Positions 19,313 to 29,839 of a DNA stretch of 64,000 nt are shown piece after piece (positions within the stretch are counted from its first letter, which is position 1; the number at the start of each line of letters is the position of its first letter). Source of the stretch: Candidatus Obscuribacteraceae bacterium (GTDB taxonomy: Bacteria; Cyanobacteriota; Vampirovibrionia; Obscuribacterales; Obscuribacteraceae); contig JBGAHS010000009.1 of the NCBI GenBank assembly GCA_044226015.1, positions 320,001 through 384,000 of the forward strand, written 5' to 3'. The position numbers were made by a program, and so were the translations under genes. The notes below the pieces were generated by a model. That model ran no database searches. It was not told the DNA's origin and was given only the letters and a program-made list of their open reading frames with translations.

Positions 19313-20047
19313 CTAACCTTTGTCTGTTGGTGCCTCTTTGTGCTCACCACCAGGTCCGCCATGGTGCCCGCGATGGCCACCTGGACCTCCGTGTCCACCC
19401 GGACTGCATCCACCGCCACCGCCGCCGCCGCTTCTATGACCCCATCCGTGGTGCCTCATTTTTCCATGCATCATCATTGGACCGAAATCCATCATCTTGA
19501 TGTAGCTCTTTCTCAGTTCTTTTCGCTGCTCGGCAGTCAGCGTATTGAGTAAGCTAATTCGCTGTTCCAGTTTCATGTTTGCCAGGTCATTGTGAAGCGA
19601 ATTGATCTTGCTCTGTAAGCTCATAGCCTTGCTTTTATCAAAGTCTGGTTGGGTCAATAAATCATGAAGTGCTCTTTCTTGGGATTTGAGCTCAACCATT
19701 TTTGGTCCTGCTTTATCAAGAAAGTCGTTCTTTGCTTTGTACATCTGCTCTAGTTGTTCGTCAGTGAAATCACTGTGAACGCCAGCTCGGAGCATCATCA
19801 CGTCCCCACCGCCATGAAAAGCTATGTTATCGCCGCCTTCATCTGGACCGCCAGGGCCTGGAGGAGGCTCTGGAGGACCCCCGAACGGTTGTGGTGGCAT
19901 AGGTGGATTTAGTGACACATCAACACCGTCCATTAATTCCGTCGCAACACCCGGTTCAGCCTCTTGTGCAAAAGCTGCTGGTAAAAGAGAAATGCTAGTA
20001 GCGCCCAAAACCCCTAATAACAGGGCAAGACGACTTGTTCTTTTCAT
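19313..20047 (-). CDS. Spy/CpxP/ZraP-family periplasmic protein with His/Gly-rich tail
   Basis: Signal peptide, FTDEQ and LTAEQ (LTxxQ) motifs, GAGG RBS. Confidence 0.85.
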   Translation of the reverse strand: MKRTSRLALLLGVLGATSISLLPAAFAQEAEPGVATELMDGVDVSLNPPMPPQPFGGPPEPPPGPGGPDEGGDNIAFHGGGDVMMLRAGVHSDFTDEQLEQMYKAKNDFLDKAGPKMVELKSQERALHDLLTQPDFDKSKAMSLQSKINSLHNDLANMKLEQRISLLNTLTAEQRKELRKSYIKMMDFGPMMMHGKMRHHGWGHRSGGGGGGGCSPGGHGGPGGHRGHHGGPGGEHKEAPTDKG

Positions 20048-20145
20048 GAAAACACCTCAACAAAAAAAGTGCGTTTCTTCTAAGACGTCTTATTCCGCTA
20101 AAAAGTTCAAAATTTCGCTGGAAATCTTTGTTAAAGGATTCTCAT

Positions 20146-21099
20146 TTAGCGGGTCGGTTCACTGCCATGATTGTTCGCGCCTTGCTCGTCCAGGCTTTTC
20201 GCCTTTTCAGCTTCGCCGCTTATGTCCATTAGTTTTTCATGTGTCGCAAGAGCATGCGCTGACAGACCGATTTTGTCTCTCAAGTAACGAGCATTTGTGT
20301 AGTTGGCGTCTGACTTTACAGCCTCTTTGAAGTTTTTGATTGCTGTTTCTTTGTCACCTTTAGTCAAAAATCCAATTGCCAGACCGTAGAGGTCCGCTGG
20401 GTTAGGTGTTTTGCTTTTGGCGATAGCCTTGCGGAAACTGTCAATTGCAGCCTCAGTTTCTCCCTGGTCATATTGAATGCAGGCGAGAGTGTTCACGTAT
20501 TCCGCTTCATCAGGTTTCAGTTTGAGCGCAAAATTCACTTCATTTTTTGCGTCTTCTAATTTGCCAACTCTGTAAAGAGTCCAGGCGAGGCAGTTTCGGG
20601 CTTCAGAGTCGTCCGGAGCTACCGACACTGCAATCCTGTAGGCTGCAGTTGCTCGTTTAAGCTGTCCTGTCCGGTAGAGCTCATTGCCCCTGTTTATGCC
20701 ATCTCGAACGTTTGCGTTTTTTTTGTCAACAGCCTCGTCAAGCCGGCTCTGGCAGGAATGACACTTGGGATCAATTGAAAGGGCTGTGACAAATTCGGAT
20801 ATGGCGCCATCCACATCGCCTTCTTCGTCCAGCAAGAGTGTGCCCAGTCTTGTATGACCGTCTACAGATTCCGGTGCAGATTTGAGAGCCCTTCGGTATT
20901 CGGCAATAGCCGCATCGCTGTTACCTGCGAATTCATAGTTCATCGCCTGCTGAAAGTGATAATCGGCATTCTCAGCGGTTGATGGCAATACAGAGAAACT
21001 GCCAGCCATGAGAATTGCGCTAAGAACTAAAAATGTCGACCGCTTGAGCTCTTGGGCTTTTCCAAAAGATTTGATTGCCAGATATAGATGCTGAAACAT
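20146..21099 (-). CDS. Exported TPR protein
   Basis: Multiple TPRs (AIAEYRRALKSAP, EFVTALSIDP, ALKLKPDEAEY); start uncertain. Confidence 0.85.
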   Translation of the reverse strand: MFQHLYLAIKSFGKAQELKRSTFLVLSAILMAGSFSVLPSTAENADYHFQQAMNYEFAGNSDAAIAEYRRALKSAPESVDGHTRLGTLLLDEEGDVDGAISEFVTALSIDPKCHSCQSRLDEAVDKKNANVRDGINRGNELYRTGQLKRATAAYRIAVSVAPDDSEARNCLAWTLYRVGKLEDAKNEVNFALKLKPDEAEYVNTLACIQYDQGETEAAIDSFRKAIAKSKTPNPADLYGLAIGFLTKGDKETAIKNFKEAVKSDANYTNARYLRDKIGLSAHALATHEKLMDISGEAEKAKSLDEQGANNHGSEPTR

Positions 21100-21241
21100 A
21101 CGCTTCACTTTCGAGTAAGCAAGTCGGTACAGAATCATTCTAGAGTATAAGGCGAGTTTGAGTAAGGGCATGTGTAGAAATAACATCGATGGCAAGTGCA
21201 AAGCTAGCTCTTGCAGTCACTTCGGCTCTCAGTCCGGACGG

Positions 21242-22600
21242 CTAATTTCGCAGTTTCCTGGCGTCTCCAGCTGAAGGGGTCAGCCTGCCTTCCTTCATTA
21301 ATCCTCTGCTTTCTAGCCATTGCTCGAACTCCGGAGCCGGGCGGCATCCCATCAGTTCTCTCAGAGAAGCGATATCGTGGAAACTGGTTGTTTGATAGGA
21401 AAGCATAACGTCGTCTCCCATCGGCACACCCATAAAGTAGTTCACACCGGCAGCGACAAGCAAGATACTCAAATTCTCTAGATCATTTTGGTCTGCGTCC
21501 ATGTGATTCGTATAGCAAGCATCAATGCCCATGGGTACTCCGGAAAGCTTGCCCATAAAGTGGTCTTCTAAGCCAGCGCGAATCATCTGTCTGCCATCTG
21601 CTAGATATTCTGGGCCGATGAAGCCCACTACGTCATTTACAAGAAAGGGATTGAACTGTCTGGCTAACGCGTAACATCTTGCCTCCAGTGTGACCTGGTC
21701 GGCGTCATTATTTGATTTTGATGACAGTTCGCTGCCTTGACCCGTTTCGAAATACATGAACTGATCGCCCTCTACACGGCAGTGTTTTTTTCCGAGTTCA
21801 CAAGCTTCCTTTATGAGTTCGATGTTGATACCAAATGCGGTATTGCCTTTTGCGCTTCCTGCAATGCTTTGGAATATCAGACCCGCCGGAGCTCCATTCT
21901 CAATGGCTTTCATTTGGGTGCTTATATGGCTCAAGATGCAATTTTGAGTGGGAATTTCAAGCTCTCGAATCACCTTGTCGGTCGCATGAAGCAGTCTTTC
22001 TACAGACTCTGCTGTGTCGTATACAGGGTTAATTCCTATGACAGCATCGCCCACACCATAAGAAAGCCCTTCGTATGTGGATGCCAATATTCCTTCGACC
22101 GAATCGCTGGGATGATTTGGTTGAAGGCGTGAGGCGAGGGTTCCCGCAAGTCCCAGAGTTGAGTTAGCTTTAGAAACAACCCTGCACTTTTGGGCTGCAA
22201 TGACCAGATCCATGTTCGACATTATTTTGCAGACTGCTGCCACCATTTCCCCGGTCAGCGCAGGGCGAATCGCGCTGATGTAATCGGCATCTGTCGAGGA
22301 AGAGAGCAGCAGGTCGCGGAACTCACCCACGCAAAGATTTTTGATTTTTGCAAAGGCTTCCAAGTCAATATTGTCAGCTATGATTCTGCTCACTTCATCT
22401 TTGTCATAGTCTAAAACAGGGTTTTCGAGCAGGGTCAAGAGAGTCATCTCACTCAGAACTTGTTTTGCCGCAACTCGTTCCAGTGCCGAATTCGCGCTAA
22501 TTCTTGCAAGTGCATCACCTGACTTTTCTTCGTTAGCTTTTGCCAGCACTTCCTTAACAGAATGAAAAACGAATGTTTGCTTGCCTATGGTGGTTTTCAT
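21242..22600 (-). CDS. eutB: Ethanolamine ammonia-lyase large subunit
   Basis: RLQPNHP, GDAVIGINP, MYFETGQGSELS, VVGFIGPEYL, RAGLEDHF, CYTNH. Confidence 0.97.
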   Translation of the reverse strand: MKTTIGKQTFVFHSVKEVLAKANEEKSGDALARISANSALERVAAKQVLSEMTLLTLLENPVLDYDKDEVSRIIADNIDLEAFAKIKNLCVGEFRDLLLSSSTDADYISAIRPALTGEMVAAVCKIMSNMDLVIAAQKCRVVSKANSTLGLAGTLASRLQPNHPSDSVEGILASTYEGLSYGVGDAVIGINPVYDTAESVERLLHATDKVIRELEIPTQNCILSHISTQMKAIENGAPAGLIFQSIAGSAKGNTAFGINIELIKEACELGKKHCRVEGDQFMYFETGQGSELSSKSNNDADQVTLEARCYALARQFNPFLVNDVVGFIGPEYLADGRQMIRAGLEDHFMGKLSGVPMGIDACYTNHMDADQNDLENLSILLVAAGVNYFMGVPMGDDVMLSYQTTSFHDIASLRELMGCRPAPEFEQWLESRGLMKEGRLTPSAGDARKLRN

Positions 22601-22622
22601 TTGTGCTCATTTCTAGATAAGG

Positions 22623-24839
22623 TTATGCGGCGAACGTTTTGGCTAAAGCTTGCCAGTGTAATTTGCAAAGATAGTTTAGCCATAAGATATCAGATGGCAG
22701 TATTCGCTCATTTTTCAGCGCCCTTGCCAGTTGTCCTGATAATGCCATCAGACCTGCCCGTGACAGCTTGTCCGAGAGATGGTGCAATTCATTACGTGAA
22801 AGGTCGTTGATGTTCTTGGCTCCGGACTCTGCCAGGAAAAGCAAAATTGTCTCTAGTTCAGCTAACGATTGATGAATTATTGGCGGAGCAAATTCAGAAA
22901 CACTCTGGGACTTGAGCATTTCCTGCCAGTCATCATCAGGTTGCAGTGCCGTCGGAATCGATGTGCGACTGTATTTCTTGCGCAGTTTCTCTAGTAAAAC
23001 AGATTGTCTGTATTCAATTCTTTTGTGGTCAAACGATGGATTCAAGATTTGATCACCTGATGGTGTGCCTTTGCTTATGAACGTAATGGGTTCTACAGCA
23101 TAACCCGAATTGTTGATTACTACCCTTACGACAATTTTGTCTAACTTATCGCGGTCGGGTTTGAGCGATTCTATAAACTCTATCGCTTTTTCATTTGTTT
23201 GATTCCATGGCAGTGTAAGAAGCACCATTTGTTCGCTGCCGTCAAAAAGTTGCCAGCACAGGGCTTGTTGCATTTCATCATAGTAACGTTCTCCCCATCT
23301 ATTCGGCTTTATTATTAGAATTCTGTCTAAGGGATTAAGCAGCTTCAAACCACATGGATACTGGGAGGAAGCATATTCTCTAAGTTCTGACCAATTGTTG
23401 ATTTCTTTCTTTCCGAAATCTATTTGGTTCGATTCAATGTTAGCGATATTGGATACCGATGTTTGCTGTGCACTCGACAATCGTCCAGCCGCATTAGCTC
23501 GGGCATTGCGCAGCGTAAACCTCGATCGTGAAAGACTGGACGCGGTTCCTGAGCCTGACCAAACAGACTCGAAATTGTAAATGTGATCTACGTCAAAGTC
23601 GGCGCTATTAGCTTTTGGGCGACTTGCACTCCAGGTGTAGAGCTTCGCTTTTGTGATTTCCCAAAATAATATAGTTAGTCCTTCAAATCCTGATTCGGAC
23701 TGCCACGGATAGGCACCAAGACCGCAGAGTGATAATTCACTTGTGTTGAAGTACTGCGTTCTAGCGACTCCAGCAAATTCTGTTTTGCTCTCGTCTGTGG
23801 CATTATCGATTGCCTTGCTTAAAGCTATTGTCCAACTCATGTTATCAAAAAGAAGTTGGGTGTTTGCTGAGGCTTCTCGATTAAGCAACTGGTGAATCTC
23901 GTGACTGAGAGTTCTTAGCAAATACGCAAGCCTGGGCATGAAATTGCTTGCTGCTGAAACTGACAATGTGCTGAGTCTTTCTTTTGTGCGTTCAGATGGA
24001 TGTGAGATGCCCGCAGCAAGCATGTTCTCAAGCAAAACCCTTGTGCTTCTCAGAATTTTCTTCTGCTCTTCAACATTGGCGAGAGATTTTTCTTGATATT
24101 CAATCTCTTTGCCCGCTGCTTTGTTGAGTTCCAGAATTGCACTTAGCACCCATCGCTTATGGAGAGACTTTGGAGCAGTCGAAATGATCGCCTCCAATAG
24201 TGCTTTTGCCGAGCTGTCAAAGCTAGGTAAGATACGAACCTCGATATCATGCAACGGAAAGCGAAAAATCAAGCCGGAACCACTCTGTTCCTCTTGCATG
24301 TCTAGAGCCGTTTGTTCTTGAACCTCTTTGAAGAGACTTTTCCCACACCATTTTATTAACTCTGCAGGAGTGAGCTTTAGCAGCAGAACTTTTATTTCAG
24401 CAGCTGAAAGCAATTTTGCTTCCGAAACTTTTGGAGTATCGACAATTTTATGATTTGTTTGCTCGTTGAAACCGGTTGTGTGCTGAGTCGGCTCGTTTTC
24501 CTTGTTATCTAACAGTGGTTCAATCTGCTCTGCAGCTGAACCTTCTTTTCTTGTGAGCAAGTGCTGTCTAAGGTATATTGTGGCGCAAATAATCTGTCTT
24601 GTTATGCCGCTGGCAGGAGTGTCATCTTTTGCTTTTGCAGGACCATCGGCAGGCATCCATACTGTCCAGTCAGGTCCTTTTATAACGAACTGATCACTCT
24701 CGTCTTCAATGCAGATCCTTATTGTTTCAAGGTCTTTCATGGCACGGCGAACGAGTCCCTTGTTTGCAAGTGCCACCAGACCGTCTTCATCTAGTGCTTC
24801 TAGAATTGCTTTCAATTTGGTCAGAAGCTCAGCTCTCAT
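22623..24839 (-). CDS. YehQ-like protein with degenerate SWIM region
   Basis: N-terminal LVALANKGLVRRAMKDL resembles YehQ; LCGLGAYPW motif; last gene of a yeh-like cassette. Confidence 0.7.
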   Translation of the reverse strand: MRAELLTKLKAILEALDEDGLVALANKGLVRRAMKDLETIRICIEDESDQFVIKGPDWTVWMPADGPAKAKDDTPASGITRQIICATIYLRQHLLTRKEGSAAEQIEPLLDNKENEPTQHTTGFNEQTNHKIVDTPKVSEAKLLSAAEIKVLLLKLTPAELIKWCGKSLFKEVQEQTALDMQEEQSGSGLIFRFPLHDIEVRILPSFDSSAKALLEAIISTAPKSLHKRWVLSAILELNKAAGKEIEYQEKSLANVEEQKKILRSTRVLLENMLAAGISHPSERTKERLSTLSVSAASNFMPRLAYLLRTLSHEIHQLLNREASANTQLLFDNMSWTIALSKAIDNATDESKTEFAGVARTQYFNTSELSLCGLGAYPWQSESGFEGLTILFWEITKAKLYTWSASRPKANSADFDVDHIYNFESVWSGSGTASSLSRSRFTLRNARANAAGRLSSAQQTSVSNIANIESNQIDFGKKEINNWSELREYASSQYPCGLKLLNPLDRILIIKPNRWGERYYDEMQQALCWQLFDGSEQMVLLTLPWNQTNEKAIEFIESLKPDRDKLDKIVVRVVINNSGYAVEPITFISKGTPSGDQILNPSFDHKRIEYRQSVLLEKLRKKYSRTSIPTALQPDDDWQEMLKSQSVSEFAPPIIHQSLAELETILLFLAESGAKNINDLSRNELHHLSDKLSRAGLMALSGQLARALKNERILPSDILWLNYLCKLHWQALAKTFAA

Positions 24840-25972
24840 TTTTGCATGACCTCTGCTAACCAGTGAGCAAGTTCGATAGGAGTCAATGCAGCAATTTCCA
24901 TTCCCTCTGACGCCATTGCTTCGGCGACCTTAACATCATAAAAGGCATTAGCTTGCTCATCTAATGATGCGAGTCCAATGAGCTTTACGCCGGCACCTCT
25001 CATGCGTCGGCACGAAGCTATCATAGTTCGGGGATCTCCACCTTCGCAGAAATCAGTAACAAGGACGAAAATTGTTTTTGTAGGCATGCTAACCAGCGTT
25101 TCGCAGTATTTCATTGCGTTGCCTATGAGTGTGCCACCACTAAGCTGAACACTTAGCAATACCTCGACCGGGTCTGTTACATGCTCTGACAAATCGACTA
25201 TTGAGGTATCGAAGACAACCAGCCTGACTCTAACGGCAGGTAGACCGGACAATATTCCAGCCATCACAGCTGAATGAATAACACTGTTTACCATCGAACC
25301 AGATTGGTCGACGCAGAGAATTATTTCCCATGGTAAATGTCGCTTTACGCGCTGGAAGAAGCGTGGGTTTTCAACCACCAACTGCTTTCTTTCGTTGTTC
25401 CAATTCTTGAGATTACGTCGAATAGTCTCTTTGGCATCAAAGTTCTTTGCAATTTTATGCATGCTATTTCTATGGCGGCTTCTCTTCCCATTTATAGCGT
25501 TTAATATCTCTGAACTCAGTTTGCGTTTTAGCTCTTCAACTACTCTTGCAATTAGTTGTTTGGCCGCCGAAAGAACAGCGCCTCGCATATGCCCCTTCAA
25601 TTGCAGCATGGCGGCTAACAAATCGGTGCTAGGTTCTAGTCGCTTGAGTGTCTCAGGGTCTTCGATGATTTCCGTCATCTGATATCGATCGAGCGCGTGC
25701 TTGGTGATCTTTTCGTATGTTGATTTTGGAAAAAGTTCAGAAACTTCATTTAACCAGTTTGGAACGTTAAGCTGAGACGGGTCGAGTGAACCGGGACCAA
25801 GTCGCTTATCTTGTCTGACACCACGTCCGCGATACTCTCTCGAATAGAGAAGCTCAAGTGCATTATCCATGCGTTCTTGTTCTGCACTCAGGCAATTTGG
25901 CATCTTTGGTTTGGCGTATTTGCCCAAAACCAGGCGCCATCTTGAAAGGTTTCGATTTTTCTGATCACTCAT
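24836..25972 (-). CDS. VWA/CoxE-like protein (YehP-like)
   Basis: RWRLVLG, MIDAS DQSGSM, VQLSGGT; ATG at 25972 overlaps the upstream stop. Confidence 0.9.
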   Translation of the reverse strand: MSDQKNRNLSRWRLVLGKYAKPKMPNCLSAEQERMDNALELLYSREYRGRGVRQDKRLGPGSLDPSQLNVPNWLNEVSELFPKSTYEKITKHALDRYQMTEIIEDPETLKRLEPSTDLLAAMLQLKGHMRGAVLSAAKQLIARVVEELKRKLSSEILNAINGKRSRHRNSMHKIAKNFDAKETIRRNLKNWNNERKQLVVENPRFFQRVKRHLPWEIILCVDQSGSMVNSVIHSAVMAGILSGLPAVRVRLVVFDTSIVDLSEHVTDPVEVLLSVQLSGGTLIGNAMKYCETLVSMPTKTIFVLVTDFCEGGDPRTMIASCRRMRGAGVKLIGLASLDEQANAFYDVKVAEAMASEGMEIAALTPIELAHWLAEVMQK

Positions 25973-28646
25973 GATTGTTGATACCGTCTGCAGATAGAGC
26001 TGCTTCAACTATTTTGTTTATTGCGATGCCGTAGCGCAAAGAGCCTTCATCGACATCCATATTGATCAATTCGCCCAGAGAACTTTCTCCATAGAAATTG
26101 CTTACAATCTCAGCAACTCTGCTTATATCTCTGGGAATCAGTGCGCTGAAAGCAAGTCGAAGATCTGGTAGCAAATCAACAAATGTTTCTTCATCCCAAT
26201 TTCTGAATTGTTGATCGAATGCTTGAATTACTGATGATAGTTGCCACGCAATTTCACAAGCTGTGTGTAGCAGCCCGCGCAGAATGCCTGTGCTCTTAGT
26301 AGGGTCGGTCGTAGCAGCTCCGAGGTAACCCAGAATTATGTCGATCAGTTCTTGCTCGGAAATTTTTCCTTCTGTGAACAAAATGCCGGCTGCTGCTCCC
26401 ACGATAGGCGCTTGTGTTTGCTGTGGAGGTGCGCAAACAAGTGCGTTCAGTCTGCCAAAGAAAAGTGAAGGGTCAAGATAGGAAGCCTCCAGCTCAGGCT
26501 CTTCGTCGCCGATGGCTTGTTCAGAACTGAGTACCTCCTTGAGTGTTAACATTGCTCGAAGGTTTTCTTCAAGTTGATCATTATTGCTTTTGTGTAAGTC
26601 TTCAAGCAAACGTGTAGAGCGCTCGTAGGCTGTTTGCATCAGTTTCGGCAGCGCCACTACTCGCGATGCTCCTAGAGGTTCTCTAGCACGATACAATAGT
26701 TCGATTTGAGAGACTCCGTTTGTGACCGAATAGAACGACGGATCTTCAGCAATATGCTTATCCAGTAATGGAATGAGCACCTCACAACGGTCATGCAGGC
26801 CAAGTCTCATGGACTGGTTTAGCAACTCGACAATGCGAGAGGTTGATCTCGCTTCAGCGTTCTTTTCCAGATCTCCCAGAATTTGCAGAAACTTTGTGTT
26901 AGCAGCTTCTTCAATGGTCGAGCCCAAGACAGAAATGTCCATCAATCGTCCCTCGACAAGTGGAGACCATCGACTTTCCCACCTTTCTATTATGAGCTCT
27001 AGCCCCCTGCCGTGAACGAAATCAGGACCATTAATGAGATGTGCGAAATCTATTTCTAAAAATGTGAGGCGATGAAAAAATCGACTTACTTCTCGATCTT
27101 TCTCGCTGCGATAAAGCTCTAGTTTATGCTCTTTCGTCTCAATGTGTTTTAGTGTAATTCGCAAACTGTTAGCTTCTTTGTAAAAGTCGTCGAAAATAGG
27201 AGGTAAATCGCCTCCCGGCGGAATGTCGCCAATTTTGTTTCCCGACATAGCCTGATGCACAACTCGCATCAGAAGTTGTCCTTCTACATTCAATTCGCCT
27301 TTTACGAAGCAAGCCCGAATGCCATCAACTATGTCCTCTCTCATTGGCCAGGAATGTCCTCTGAGTGCCGCCAGCTGTAAAGTCATTTGCATAGCGGCGA
27401 TAGTATCAGGTGTGCTGATTTGGTTTGAGAACTTCTGTTCTCTGCTAATTCTTCCAATTTCGACAAGCAGCTCTGCTGCTATATTGGCCAGCGCAGAGTC
27501 TCTTTGTGGATTGTGCGCAGCATTCCAGGTTCGATCATAATAACCAGGAGCCGGCATGCCTGAAGCATATCCAGCAAGCGCATCAAGCTGGTTGAAACTG
27601 TAACGTATTAGCCAGGAACCGACTTCGTCCTTTTCAAAATCTGGTTTGTCAGGTCTGCTTACAGCTTTCTCTACCAGATCAGGCAAAACGACTGTGTGAA
27701 ACCCACCGGTTACAACCAGAATCTTTCCTTTTACTTTTGCCATCGTCTCAACAATAGAGGCAGCCATACATGCTTCTCGAGCATTGGTGCCATCGAGGGC
27801 GAGTTCTTCATCTGAATAATCCAGGCGTGACATAAGGCAGTAGGTTGCCAGTCTCTCAATAAAAGCTTCTGTGCTCATCGACTCCAGATTGCTTTCAAAA
27901 AGGTGGTCCCAGAGTTCATCGAAGTCTCTACAGCCCAACCTATAAGCTAACTCTTTCAAATACTTGCTGTGTCGCAGGTGACCATCTTCGGTCAGCAGCT
28001 CTATCTTGACTGGCTCCGAAAGCTTTAAGAGTCTGGCTCTGTGCTCAGTTAGTACCATTTCGGCGTATTCAAGATCAATGAAGCGGAGTAGAGAACCACT
28101 TTTATTGCCTGCTTTTAGTGCCACTAATTCTGGTGAATAATCACAGAAGGGGTAGTATGCTGCAAACCTCGGAAGAAACGCTGAAAGCTCTGTGGAGCTA
28201 TTACTATCTGAAGCTTCCTTCTTGCTGTCGGGAGTCTGCTGCAACTCGGGAGGACCTTCGGATTTTGAGGAATCCTCTGAATTTTCCTGTTTCTCATTTG
28301 AACTCAATTCGCCTGATGCACTCTGAGCAGAACCTGCAGCAGCTGCTTCTATAGCACTTTTGATAAGCGAAAAATGGCGCTTCTTTTTATCCACAAAGCT
28401 GGTATAGATGGCGACAGGGCAACTTGTTCGTTCGTCCAAGAGCATAGGAATTCTTGAAGTAAATGAAGAAGGTCCTTCGATTAATATCGCTTCTGGCTTA
28501 TTCTCTGAAATCCATTTTTCAATTCTTAAAGCGCATGCGGGCGAATGGTGCCTGATTGGAAAATAAGTTACTCTTCCAGAATGCAGTTTTGGCAGCAGTT
28601 CTGCAAGATACTTTTCTGTGTCCTTAGTGTCAAGAGCCGAGCTCAT
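25965..28646 (-). CDS. DUF5682 / YehM-like protein
   Basis: PIRHHSPACA, ILIEGP, YSPE, VVTGGFH, GYASGMPAPGYY. Confidence 0.88.
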   Translation of the reverse strand: MSSALDTKDTEKYLAELLPKLHSGRVTYFPIRHHSPACALRIEKWISENKPEAILIEGPSSFTSRIPMLLDERTSCPVAIYTSFVDKKKRHFSLIKSAIEAAAAGSAQSASGELSSNEKQENSEDSSKSEGPPELQQTPDSKKEASDSNSSTELSAFLPRFAAYYPFCDYSPELVALKAGNKSGSLLRFIDLEYAEMVLTEHRARLLKLSEPVKIELLTEDGHLRHSKYLKELAYRLGCRDFDELWDHLFESNLESMSTEAFIERLATYCLMSRLDYSDEELALDGTNAREACMAASIVETMAKVKGKILVVTGGFHTVVLPDLVEKAVSRPDKPDFEKDEVGSWLIRYSFNQLDALAGYASGMPAPGYYDRTWNAAHNPQRDSALANIAAELLVEIGRISREQKFSNQISTPDTIAAMQMTLQLAALRGHSWPMREDIVDGIRACFVKGELNVEGQLLMRVVHQAMSGNKIGDIPPGGDLPPIFDDFYKEANSLRITLKHIETKEHKLELYRSEKDREVSRFFHRLTFLEIDFAHLINGPDFVHGRGLELIIERWESRWSPLVEGRLMDISVLGSTIEEAANTKFLQILGDLEKNAEARSTSRIVELLNQSMRLGLHDRCEVLIPLLDKHIAEDPSFYSVTNGVSQIELLYRAREPLGASRVVALPKLMQTAYERSTRLLEDLHKSNNDQLEENLRAMLTLKEVLSSEQAIGDEEPELEASYLDPSLFFGRLNALVCAPPQQTQAPIVGAAAGILFTEGKISEQELIDIILGYLGAATTDPTKSTGILRGLLHTACEIAWQLSSVIQAFDQQFRNWDEETFVDLLPDLRLAFSALIPRDISRVAEIVSNFYGESSLGELINMDVDEGSLRYGIAINKIVEAALSADGINNHE

Positions 28647-29785
28647 GAACCGAGAATTCCCCTGCCATCATAGAATGATTTCCAGTGTTCGCTTTTCTTA
28701 GCTCTGTTTTTTACGACCACTTCAAAATACTGCCTGATCTTTTTTGCATCTTCGTCTGAGTCTTTAAGCAGCGTTCCTACTATCTGTTTAGCAAGGTGTT
28801 CTGCTTTCAATTTGCCATCACCAAAATAACAAGCATCGAGCCCAGCTGAGAATGCTACAGCTACAGCTTCTGCTGTGCTCATAGTAGTCGACGGCTTTTC
28901 AACAACAGTGCCTTCCTCTGTTTTCCCTTTTCTAAGGTCCACAAATGTTGTCACCAGTACATCAAGTACTTCTTTCTCCAGCAAAGTCTTTGCCTGTACG
29001 TTCTGCAATAGTTCATTCGCTTGCTGCATCACAAGCTCGATTTCAAATTCCTTTTCAGCAATTGCTGGAACTGTCTCGAAATTAAAGCGACGTTTTAGAG
29101 CGGCAGACATTTCATGAACGCCCCTGTCTCTTGTGTTTGCCGTTGCAATTATGTTGAATCCTGGCTTAGCAAAAAGCATATTGTCTTGTTCTTTGAGTTC
29201 CGGAATGTGCATAACTTTGTCGCTGAGTACACTAATCAGTGTGTCCTGAACCTCCGGTGGGCATCTGGTGATTTCCTCGAAACGCACTATTAATCCACCG
29301 TCCAGTCCGTGATACAGGGGCGCTGGAACGAGAGCGTTTTTACTCGGTCCTTCGGCAAGCAAGAGTGCATAATTCCACGAGTACTTTATCTGGTCATCGG
29401 AAGTTCCTGCTGTTCCTTGAATCGTGAGTGAACTCGTTCCGCTGATTGCTGCGGCCAGCAACTCTGACAGCATTGATTTGGCGGTGCCAGGTTCGCCAAC
29501 AAGAAGCAAACCGCGATTGCTCATCAGGGTAACAATCGCTCTATCAATCATCGCTGCGTTACCGTGAAATTTCTTGCTGATTTGTGGCGCGTCAGTTTCC
29601 TTTTTGTTCTTATGTTCAAACGAGCCCGCAGAACCAACGATGAAGTGGCGTACTGCGGCAGGACTTAGCTTCCACCCGGGTGGCTTTGGACTTTTGTCGT
29701 ATTTTGCTAGTGCAAGTAATTCTTCAGAGTATTTCAGTTCTGCGGGTTCTTTAATTAGCTCCGCCTTCGTTATGGCTTTGCTCAT
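28643..29785 (-). CDS. MoxR-family AAA+ ATPase, YehL-like
   Basis: Walker A GEPGTAKS, YSWNYALL, RFEEITRC, TANTRDRGV, SAALKRRFNF. Confidence 0.93.
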   Translation of the reverse strand: MSKAITKAELIKEPAELKYSEELLALAKYDKSPKPPGWKLSPAAVRHFIVGSAGSFEHKNKKETDAPQISKKFHGNAAMIDRAIVTLMSNRGLLLVGEPGTAKSMLSELLAAAISGTSSLTIQGTAGTSDDQIKYSWNYALLLAEGPSKNALVPAPLYHGLDGGLIVRFEEITRCPPEVQDTLISVLSDKVMHIPELKEQDNMLFAKPGFNIIATANTRDRGVHEMSAALKRRFNFETVPAIAEKEFEIELVMQQANELLQNVQAKTLLEKEVLDVLVTTFVDLRKGKTEEGTVVEKPSTTMSTAEAVAVAFSAGLDACYFGDGKLKAEHLAKQIVGTLLKDSDEDAKKIRQYFEVVVKNRAKKSEHWKSFYDGRGILGS

Positions 29786-29839
29786 TTTTTGTCTGCTCTC
29801 TCCTTCTATTAGATTGCATGAAGTGCTTTAACTGAGTGA

